64,000 nucleotides of DNA from Deltaproteobacteria bacterium (GTDB lineage Bacteria > Desulfobacterota > Desulfobulbia > Desulfobulbales > JAGXFP01): contig JAGVGT010000083.1 of the NCBI GenBank assembly GCA_020056965.1, forward strand, positions 2,286-66,285, read 5' to 3'. Shown piece after piece: positions 37,340 through 44,057 of this stretch; positions within the stretch are counted from its first letter, which is position 1, and each line of letters opens with the position of its first letter. The position numbers and the translations under genes were made by a program. The notes beneath the pieces are model-generated. The model had not been told where the DNA came from, did no database searches, and saw nothing but the letters and a program-made list of their open reading frames with translations.

Positions 37340-38434
37340 TTATGATGCCTTCTCTGAAGGAAGGTCGGTCTCTGGAATATCTGCGTATAGACGACCGTCG
37401 GTGCCGGTGATCGGATATGGAAACGTATCCTTGGTGAAGACTTGGCCACGGAAAACGAACAGGTATAAGATTTTTCCTTCCCGGGTATATTCAGCGTAAT
37501 TGAGTTTGACTCGATGGATTATAGGAGGAATGGCAACGAGCTCAGGGCTGTTTAAAGAAGATTGAGCCGCGGGGATCCCCGCAGCCGATTGTGAGCTCGA
37601 GACAACGGAAGCTCCCTGGTCATGACCAGGGGAAGAAGGGGGAGTTGATGCTTTAGCTTCGGAGGCATCAATCACGGAAAGGGCTTTCTGTTGGATCTTC
37701 TTAGTTCCGAAAATATCGCCGGTTGCCAGGCTGGACTTGAAAAAGATCATGTAGACCGTGAAGCCCAGGACAATCGGAATTGCCAAAAAGACCGGATGCC
37801 GCAAGACGTTGATTGTCGGCATGATCGATTGTTCTTTAATGTCTTTAGCTGCGTAGCTCTGATAACAACTGAAAATTTTCGATTTATAGCGGCGGCTGGC
37901 ACGTTTGAGAGGTTGGCCGGCAGTATCTTCGCCAGCGTAGATATTGCAGAGGTAGCCCTTTTGAACCAGGGAACCAAAAAAGTTGATTTTCCGAAAACAG
38001 TAATTCCACTCAGTCAAAGACCGGACGGCCGAGTCGATCCGTTCGGCGTTCTGGGTGATGATGACAAGGTCATAGCCTTCATGTCGGTGGGTGGAGGCCC
38101 AATCACCGAAAAGCCGATTTTTTGTGGCTTGCCAATCACGATTGCTGAAGTACTTCTGGACCTCATCAAGGACGATCAGGGAATTACGTTCCGGGCAATG
38201 ATCCCAAAAGTTTTCAATTACTTCACGACTATTGCCCAGATGATGAAACTGATTACCAAACTGAAGATCATCCAGGCCGGCCAGGACCTTGAGCGTCTCC
38301 TGACAATGAGGATCATCCATGCCATCAATATTAGTGTAAACACATTTTCCAAGGCGCAGGTTGTTAAGGATCTTCTCTACTGCTTCGTAGGTTTTGCCGC
38401 TGCCCGGGGTGCCGGTGAAAAAGAAAATGGTCAT
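37340..38434 (-). CDS. Zot-like morphogenesis ATPase (pI)
   Basis: GTPGSGKTYEAV, YTNIDG, IVLDEVQ, HRHEGYDLVIITQ, one TM segment. Confidence 0.93.
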   Translation of the reverse strand: MTIFFFTGTPGSGKTYEAVEKILNNLRLGKCVYTNIDGMDDPHCQETLKVLAGLDDLQFGNQFHHLGNSREVIENFWDHCPERNSLIVLDEVQKYFSNRDWQATKNRLFGDWASTHRHEGYDLVIITQNAERIDSAVRSLTEWNYCFRKINFFGSLVQKGYLCNIYAGEDTAGQPLKRASRRYKSKIFSCYQSYAAKDIKEQSIMPTINVLRHPVFLAIPIVLGFTVYMIFFKSSLATGDIFGTKKIQQKALSVIDASEAKASTPPSSPGHDQGASVVSSSQSAAGIPAAQSSLNSPELVAIPPIIHRVKLNYAEYTREGKILYLFVFRGQVFTKDTFPYPITGTDGRLYADIPETDLPSEKAS

Positions 38435-38438
38435 GATG

Positions 38439-38765
38439 TTACACCCTGGTCACGGCAGCGGGGATCAAGTTCAATAGAAGTCGAACAATCATGGCGCCAG
38501 CGATCAAAGAAGCACACTGAGGCAAGGCCAACTGGTTGACCAAATAGATGGCTTGTGGCGGCAGGTTAGTCCATTGGGCATATTGAGTGAAGACCAGGGC
38601 GGACAAGTCCAAGGATGTAACAAAAAGAGTGACAACCGTCAGGAGACCGTCAAGGATCATGTAAACAAAAGTAGAAATTACAGAGAAAAACCCCATAAGG
38701 CCGAGCTTGATAAAGCCCCATAGGGAGGAGAAAAAAGATCCGACGAAGGCAAGAAAGGTGTCCAT
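38439..38765 (-). CDS. DUF2523 family minor coat protein (pVI-like)
   Basis: Hydrophobic 108 aa ending IAGAMIVRLLLNLIP; immediately upstream of zot. Confidence 0.85.
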   Translation of the reverse strand: MDTFLAFVGSFFSSLWGFIKLGLMGFFSVISTFVYMILDGLLTVVTLFVTSLDLSALVFTQYAQWTNLPPQAIYLVNQLALPQCASLIAGAMIVRLLLNLIPAAVTRV

Positions 38766-38769
38766 TATC

Positions 38770-40431
38770 TCACCGATGTGAAAGAAGGATTCGTAAGGCC
38801 GCGAACGAGAAACAGACCAAGAAAATCGTTCGGCAGATGGAAAAAAGAGAATTGTAATTGCTCAGGTCAATATCAACGGTGCCATACTGACCCATTTCAA
38901 CGGTATAAACAGGTTCACCACCAGAGGGAATGTTGCCTAAGACTTGATCAGGTAGGGAAAAAAGCGGAGTGTGCCGCATATCATCGATAAATTTATTAAA
39001 GCGGTCAGTATACAGCGCCTTTTCTTCATCAGACGGAGTGTAAATAAAATCAGAACCATGCTGACAGGTACCATGCCCAGTTTTACAGTCAAAAGAGACA
39101 AAAACATCACCTGTTTCAGAACAGTATGATTGTTTCCAATTGTTTTCAGCATCAACACAAGCATTTGACAAATCACAGACACCAGTGTCAGCAACACAAT
39201 TATAGGAAACAAAAACCTCTCCTTCTGCCGAACAAAACTTTGCTTTCCAAGCCTCTTCTTTAGCAACGCAGCCATTAGGGTCGTCGCAATGGCCTGTATC
39301 TGTTACACAATCATAGTCTAATAGCTCTAAATTCAAAGCAGTACAATGAGACGCTTTCCAGGCATTTTCTTTTGATGTACAGTCGTTTTCGTCACGACAT
39401 ATACCGTCTTTAGTATCACAATCAAAAGAAATCAGTGTTTGACCAGGCTCAGAACAATTAACTTCTTTCCATAACTGACGATCATTATCACAAAGATCAT
39501 TGCCGCAGATACCAGCATCGGCAGCACAGTCATAACTGAGCAGCACTTTCCCCACAGGCTTGCAATAAAGGTTTTCATAGTTTTGTTTTTCGATCAGACA
39601 ATCACCACAAACGCCAGCACCAGCAGACCCATGCGCTTCACAATTGTACGAGGTTGTAGACATACCGGGACCATTGCAATAGCCTAACTCCCATTCCTTT
39701 TGAGCTTTAACGCAATCGGTACAAGTACCGGTGTTAGCGGCACAATCATAACCAGTAACTTCAATTCCAGGGCCAGGAGGACAATTAGCATCGCCCCAAG
39801 CTATTTCAGCGGCGGCACAGTCAGAAATGCATTCACATACATTATCGAGGGTAGTAGGATGACCTTGCGGATCAGTAGAGGTTACATCACAAGCTTGCTG
39901 CAAAGTTTCACCTGAGGGACAAGGACCAACACAAGAAGCCGAGATATCATCACAAGTTTTACAATAACCTTGGCATAATGCCGCATCCCAATAGGCAACG
40001 TTTTCGGCACCGCCACAGCTAGTTTGGAGAGCAGGATACAGAGCAGGATCACAGGGAGGATTTGGCCCACACTGTGGCAATTGGGCAAAACCATGATCAG
40101 CCTGGCTAGCACCAATGGTGGTGAAATCATTATCGACAACACCACTAACGTTACGATACGCAACGGTCGATGGACTACCCTGCACCCAACCGGCAGCCTC
40201 AGTGCATTCCCAAGAGTAATACTGACTGTTAACAACTGGAAGGCCCTGCCCATCACCAACAACAACCGCATCGCTACAACTAAAAGTTGCAGTCACCCAG
40301 GTACCATTACCGCCAGTAGATGAACCACTTAAAATTGCAAAAGAATAATGATAACAACCGTATTCAACATAGGCAAAAGATACAGAAGGAGCTAAAAAAA
40401 TACTAATAAATAGTGCCGCGAATAATTTCAT
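38770..40431 (-). CDS. pIII-like attachment protein with seven 4-Cys repeats
   Basis: Signal peptide (VSFA-Y), C-terminal membrane anchor RTIFLVCFSFAALRILL, position upstream of pVI. Confidence 0.82.
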   Translation of the reverse strand: MKLFAALFISIFLAPSVSFAYVEYGCYHYSFAILSGSSTGGNGTWVTATFSCSDAVVVGDGQGLPVVNSQYYSWECTEAAGWVQGSPSTVAYRNVSGVVDNDFTTIGASQADHGFAQLPQCGPNPPCDPALYPALQTSCGGAENVAYWDAALCQGYCKTCDDISASCVGPCPSGETLQQACDVTSTDPQGHPTTLDNVCECISDCAAAEIAWGDANCPPGPGIEVTGYDCAANTGTCTDCVKAQKEWELGYCNGPGMSTTSYNCEAHGSAGAGVCGDCLIEKQNYENLYCKPVGKVLLSYDCAADAGICGNDLCDNDRQLWKEVNCSEPGQTLISFDCDTKDGICRDENDCTSKENAWKASHCTALNLELLDYDCVTDTGHCDDPNGCVAKEEAWKAKFCSAEGEVFVSYNCVADTGVCDLSNACVDAENNWKQSYCSETGDVFVSFDCKTGHGTCQHGSDFIYTPSDEEKALYTDRFNKFIDDMRHTPLFSLPDQVLGNIPSGGEPVYTVEMGQYGTVDIDLSNYNSLFSICRTIFLVCFSFAALRILLSHR

Positions 40432-40733
40432 CTAACAACAACCTCATTAATAAGAGATGAATTAGGCACATATTGAGAAACAACAGGAAAATATGGATAA
40501 ACACCAATAAGTATTTCGCTGACAGTATTAGATCTGGAGCATAGAAAATAAAGCTGTTTTGAACGAAACGAATATCGGAGTGAATAGTTAAGAGAACAAG
40601 AAGAAGGATATTCAATAGTCAAAGGGGTAGTTGCAAGGCACCATTTAGCAAATCCGATTATCCAAAACAGAATAAAAAAACCAAGAATGAGAGCAACCAG
40701 GCGGATTTTGAAGAAAGAAGGTAACTGGAACAT
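40428..40733 (-). CDS. Phage hypothetical membrane/secreted protein, 101 aa
   Basis: N-terminal hydrophobic helix; ATGA overlap with the pIII start. Confidence 0.65.
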   Translation of the reverse strand: MFQLPSFFKIRLVALILGFFILFWIIGFAKWCLATTPLTIEYPSSCSLNYSLRYSFRSKQLYFLCSRSNTVSEILIGVYPYFPVVSQYVPNSSLINEVVVR

Positions 40734-40744
40734 GGCTTTGATTC

Positions 40745-40879
40745 CTAAAGTCGGTTGCTAAGCTTCTTGATCAGCGCATATGCCAGAAACAGCAGCGCGA
40801 TAGATACGAAGGGCAGGGCGATCTGGATAACGTCAGAAGCAAACTGTGCTGCATCAAAATTAGGAGGCAGGGTAACCAT
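40745..40879 (-). CDS. Coat-like protein, 44 aa (not in ORF track)
   Basis: MVTLPPNFDAAQFASDVIQIALPFVSIALLFLAYALIKKLSNRL; TGATG coupling; single TM plus basic tail. Confidence 0.75.
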   Translation of the reverse strand: MVTLPPNFDAAQFASDVIQIALPFVSIALLFLAYALIKKLSNRL

Positions 40880-40974
40880 CAAAAATTCCTACCAGATACG
40901 GCGATAACAAAAGCTATTGCCGTAAGCGTTCCGGCAAAGAAACTAACGATCTGGGAGAGGTCAGCAGCGGTCAT
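40879..40974 (-). CDS. Small minor coat-like protein, 31 aa (pVII/pIX-like)
   Basis: MTAADLSQIVSFFAGTLTAIAFVIAVSGRNF; ATGA coupling to the upstream ORF. Confidence 0.7.
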   Translation of the reverse strand: MTAADLSQIVSFFAGTLTAIAFVIAVSGRNF

Positions 40975-41081
40975 ACAAGTACGCGACCAATCTTGAAAAC
41001 GTAACCGATGGCCATGCCCGCGACCCAGCCGGACAAGACAAGTCCCATTCCCCAGGAAAACGGTTCCACGCCAAATTCCAT
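40971..41081 (-). CDS. Small minor coat-like protein, 36 aa (pVII/pIX-like; not in ORF track)
   Basis: MEFGVEPFSWGMGLVLSGWVAGMAIGYVFKIGRVLV; GAGG RBS. Confidence 0.7.
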   Translation of the reverse strand: MEFGVEPFSWGMGLVLSGWVAGMAIGYVFKIGRVLV

Positions 41082-41090
41082 AACTGTGCC

Positions 41091-41291
41091 TCAAAGGTCC
41101 TGGTCATTATTTTTAAAAAGCCCGTTGCCGCCCTTCGGGCCGGAACCGATACCAATATTAAAAACGTTCATAAGAACGGAAACGCCGATGATTATGAGTA
41201 AAACGGAGATGGCACCAACAACGAAGGTTCTGACATCTGTGGTAATGCCATCCATGCCAACGCCGAAAAGCTGAAAGAGAGAGTCGATCAT
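41091..41291 (-). CDS. Coat-like single-TM protein, 66 aa
   Basis: DGITTDVRTFVVGAISVLLIIIGVSVL; similar to 41558-41698. Confidence 0.7.
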   Translation of the reverse strand: MIDSLFQLFGVGMDGITTDVRTFVVGAISVLLIIIGVSVLMNVFNIGIGSGPKGGNGLFKNNDQDL

Positions 41292-41310
41292 TTACGTTCA
41301 CTTAAGGTTG

Positions 41311-41342
41311 TTCCCCGGGAGTCAAATCGACCTCCCGGGAAA
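41311..41342 (-). other. Hairpin downstream of the putative major coat gene (terminator or RNA stabiliser)
   Basis: TTCCCCGGGAGTC-AAATC-GACCTCCCGGGAA. Confidence 0.55.
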
Positions 41343-41353
41343 CGGGGAAGGGT

Positions 41354-41488
41354 TCACACCTTGTTGCCGACCTTCTTGATGAAGCGGTAGCCGACGAACA
41401 GAAGCAGGATGCCAACGCCGGCCAGCAATGCCGTGGAGATATTGCCGGAAAGAGTTGAAATGTCGAAAGCGGTGAACAGTGCAGCCAT
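41354..41488 (-). CDS. Probable major coat protein (pVIII-like, leaderless, 44 aa; not in ORF track)
   Basis: MAALFTAFDISTLSGNISTALLAGVGILLLFVGYRFIKKVGNKV; strongest RBS in the module (TAAGGAGG); hairpin follows. Confidence 0.8.
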   Translation of the reverse strand: MAALFTAFDISTLSGNISTALLAGVGILLLFVGYRFIKKVGNKV

Positions 41489-41557
41489 TTGATTTTGCCT
41501 CCTTAAATGATTGATATGGTTGGGTTTGCCTTCTGGCCAAGAAGCTCTGGAATTATA

Positions 41558-41698
41558 TTAGCGGTTCATGATCGTCCGGATGATCAGGCCGGCGCCCAGG
41601 ATGATCAGGCAGATAGTCAAAATGCCGGAACTGGCCGAAAGTACATCGGCCTTGATGCCATCAAACCAGGTGATGTCAATCAGTGGGGTCCAGGTCAT
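41558..41698 (-). CDS. Coat-like single-TM protein, 46 aa
   Basis: MTWTPLIDITWFDGIKADVLSASSGILTICLIILGAGLIIRTIMNR; GGAG RBS. Confidence 0.72.
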   Translation of the reverse strand: MTWTPLIDITWFDGIKADVLSASSGILTICLIILGAGLIIRTIMNR

Positions 41699-41731
41699 GA
41701 GCCGAAATCTCCGTTTGGTTGGGGAGTGGAG

Positions 41732-41787
41732 CCGGTAAGGGGCGGGCCGGCACCCGCTAACGCGGGAAACCGTCCGCCCCTCACCGG
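41732..41787. other. Long GC-rich hairpin between ssb and the coat genes
   Basis: CCGGT-A-AGGGGCGG...CCCGC-TAAC-GCGGG...CCGCCCCT-C-ACCGG. Confidence 0.65.
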
Positions 41788-41793
41788 GGGGGA

Positions 41794-42099
41794 TCAGTCG
41801 TTTACCCAAAGGTCAGGGGTATGGTTGACCTTGCCGGCATTGTTTTTCCAGTAACGAGAAGAGACGGTGGCCTTGATATCGATCATTTCTTCAGGGCGGC
41901 CGAGCTTTCGCTTTGATTTGACCTGAATCTTGGTCGGGCTTTTCATCGGGTCGCCGGACGGAATAATGATCAAGGTCATGTAGGTAATGCCGTTTTCACC
42001 GTCATGTTGATCGATCTTGTCAATCTTGCCGTGAATCCGGACGGTGAGCATGGAGTTGTTGGGGGGGGATGCTGCTTGGTCTTTTGCGGGGTCTGCCAT
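41794..42099 (-). CDS. Single-stranded DNA-binding protein (pV-like)
   Basis: 101 aa, beta-rich; IHGKI...TLIIIPSGDPMKSPTKIQVKSKRKLG resembles inovirus SSBs; first gene of the structural operon. Confidence 0.7.
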   Translation of the reverse strand: MADPAKDQAASPPNNSMLTVRIHGKIDKIDQHDGENGITYMTLIIIPSGDPMKSPTKIQVKSKRKLGRPEEMIDIKATVSSRYWKNNAGKVNHTPDLWVND

Positions 42100-42202
42100 G
42101 ATGGGTTCCTCTTCGGGTTGTGATTTGGCCAGTTTTCGTGTCGTTGACTATTTACGGCCGCTTCGGTAGTGTGAAAGGTTAGGATGAGATAACAAACAAA
42201 CT

Positions 42203-42245
42203 ATAACTACAGTTATATATATTGGTTTTATATAGCTGTAGTTAT
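42203..42245. promoter_or_regulatory. Twin palindromic operator candidates in the divergent ssb/repressor promoter region
   Basis: ATAACT-AC-AGTTAT and ATAGCT-GT-AGTTAT, together a 17-bp inverted repeat with one mismatch. Confidence 0.7.
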
Positions 42246-42279
42246 CTTGCGTCAAGAAAAAAATTACTGGCGTAATAAA

Positions 42280-42687
42280 ATGAGCTTCGAAGAGATTTGG
42301 GACAGAATAAGAAAAGAGACGAAACTCAAAAAAATAACTGAGTTAGCAGAGCTTGCGGAAACGTCACAACCGAACGTTTCCAAAAAAAAGAAAGAAAATA
42401 ATTTCCCTGTAGATTGGGCTTATAAGATTGCAAAAAAATACGAGCTCAACATCGAATGGATTTTGGAAGGAACCGGGCCGCAACGTCCAGGGCAAGGCAG
42501 CGATGATCCAGAGATCATCAAGCAGATAGTAAAATGGATTAAGGAGCAGGAAAGGAAAGAGCCAGGGGCGCTGGCTTGGTTCACATACGACTTCAGGAAA
42601 AAATATCCAGAGTTCGACAGGTGGGAAAAAAGAGAGGAAGATAGTTCCGCTGATCATAATGCGGGAATCAAGAGCAATACAGCCTAA
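42280..42687 (+). CDS. Phage CI-like HTH repressor
   Basis: ELAELAETSQPNVSKKKKENNFPVDW...LNIEWILEGTGP; divergent from the structural genes. Confidence 0.85.
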   Translation: MSFEEIWDRIRKETKLKKITELAELAETSQPNVSKKKKENNFPVDWAYKIAKKYELNIEWILEGTGPQRPGQGSDDPEIIKQIVKWIKEQERKEPGALAWFTYDFRKKYPEFDRWEKREEDSSADHNAGIKSNTA

Positions 42688-42714
42688 ATAACCTAACTGT
42701 AAATAGATTATACC

Positions 42715-43296
42715 ATGGAAGAAACCATAACCATGCTGGGAGGTGTGTTTGCGTTACTAATTTCGGCCGCAATCATTCTTTCGGTTTTTTGGATATGGAT
42801 GCTAATTGAATGCATCCATAATAAAGATATAAAAGGAGCAGAAAAAGCCTTTTTCTTATTGCTTATCACGTTTTTGCACTGGATAGGCGGAGCTATTTAT
42901 TGCTTTAGCGTCAATAGAAAAGAAAAACTTGGATGTTTTGCGCTTATTTCGATGATATCAGCTGCAACAATAATTCTCTTTGTGGTGATCGGACTAATAT
43001 ATTCAACACCAGCAATACAGAAAGGTAATATCAACAAAACATCAATCCCTATAAGTCCTACTAAGCAATGAAATAAAACAAATCTTCCAGTTGGAAGAGC
43101 CACAGGAACCAAAACACAAACAGTAAATAAAACACCAAAAGACAGATATGTAGTGCTAAACAAAAGCGACGAAAATAGAAACCCCGCCAAAACACCAAAA
43201 GAAATAGCCAATATCAATACAGCAAAATACAGTGAACCACTAAAATCATGGATAGACAGAGAAGGAAAGGTTCATTTCTCAAATGGTGGTCTGTAG
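42715..43296 (+). pseudogene. Accessory membrane protein (PLDc_N-like TM helices + DUF4124-like tail) interrupted by in-frame TGA at 43069-43071
   Basis: FWIWMLIECI...IGGAIY; the frame stays open after the TGA to KSWIDREGKVHFSNGGL*. Confidence 0.65.
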
Positions 43297-43425
43297 TTAG
43301 CAGTAAAATGATTTTCAACCAAACGAACCAGCGGCCAAGCCGCTAATCTTAGTGTTGCGTGTCACAGCCGTGTAACAGGCGAAAAATAACTAATTGTAAT
43401 TACGTTTGTTTTTATAGTGGGACTT

Positions 43426-43451
43426 GGGTTCAACTCCCGGCGCCTCCACCA
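43426..43451 (+). repeat. attR core (duplicated tmRNA 3' end)
   Basis: Identical to 34268-34293. Confidence 0.95.
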
Positions 43452-43483
43452 AGTTGATAGGCCGGTAAAGTCCGGTGAAGTAC

Positions 43484-43519
43484 AAAAAGCCCGCTTCCTG
43501 CAAAGGAAACGGGCTTTTT
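43484..43519 (+). terminator. Intrinsic terminator after attR
   Basis: AAAAAGCCCG-CTTCCTGCAAAGGAAA-CGGGCTTTTT. Confidence 0.75.
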
Positions 43520-43699
43520 GCTGTCCGGCAGAGTCCGAGGGGTTTGTTTTTTTCCGGGTAGGGAAAGTGTAGGAAACGAGTAGATTTGTTGCTGGTTCGA
43601 GTTTTACCCGTTATCCAACTGGAAAGGTGTCAGGCTATGCCAAAACAAGGGGCTTTGCGCGAATGGCGCTAGCATAAGGGTTATGGGGCTGAGAACATC

Positions 43700-43756
43700 A
43701 TCGTTCCCACGCTCCAGCGTCCAGGTCTGCGTTCCCACGGAGACCGTGGGAGCGAT
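43700..43756. repeat. REP-like element (TCGTTCCCACGCTC type), internally deleted
   Basis: ATCGTTCCCACGCTCCAGCGT...GCGTTCCCACGGAGACCGTGGGAGCGAT. Confidence 0.65.
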
Positions 43757-43869
43757 AGAAAACCTTTAAACTACTGCCATTCTAATGCATCCCCGGAACT
43801 GATGGGCGGATTGACCGGGCGTCATAGTTGTTGATCCTCCCTGGCGGCTGGTGTCGTGAGGTGACTCAT

Positions 43870-43983
43870 TCAGGCCAACAGCTTTTCCACCAACGGCTTC
43901 AACTTCGGCAACCGCTCCTGCGCCACTTTCCGTACGATCATTAGTTCTATGCCCATATCGTTGTGGATCAGACCGTCGTGCCC
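43870..43983 (-). pseudogene. Decayed C-terminal fragment of a HepT/DUF86 HEPN ribonuclease toxin
   Basis: HDGLIHNDMGIELMIVRKVAQERLPKLKPLVEKLLA* versus family pattern RDxLIHxYxGVDLxIVWxxxxxxLPxLK. Confidence 0.55.
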
Positions 43984-44057
43984 AGGCTGGAGGATCCCTC
44001 CGGCCGCCTTCCCTTCTCCGCGGGTTCGGGAGGCAAGGCAAACCGGCCGGGATCAGC

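Larger units (their letters stand above)
34268..43451. mobile_element. Integrated filamentous prophage (inovirus) in the tmRNA 3' end; 9,158-bp unit
   Basis: att repeats, integrase, Rep, Zot/pI, DUF2523/pVI, pIII-like, small coat proteins, SSB, repressor; visibly lower GC than the flanks. Confidence 0.93.

Noticed and set aside
25847-40431. Cys-rich PilY1 and pIII as multiheme cytochromes
   Set aside because: CxxC occurs (CASC, CKTC, CTDC, CGDC) but never CxxCH.
38770-40431. Diversity-generating retroelement or invertible cassette acting on pIII
   Set aside because: No reverse transcriptase, no template/variable repeat pair and no invertase sites seen; the repeats are diverged at the DNA level.
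43069-43071. TGA as selenocysteine
   Set aside because: No evident SECIS hairpin in the A-rich downstream sequence and no redox motif; the purL stop is TAA and cannot be Sec or Pyl.
43560-43672. Start of a second P4-like integrase (ATGCCAAAACAA...) after attR
   Set aside because: Only 11 codons before a stop; too short to support a call.
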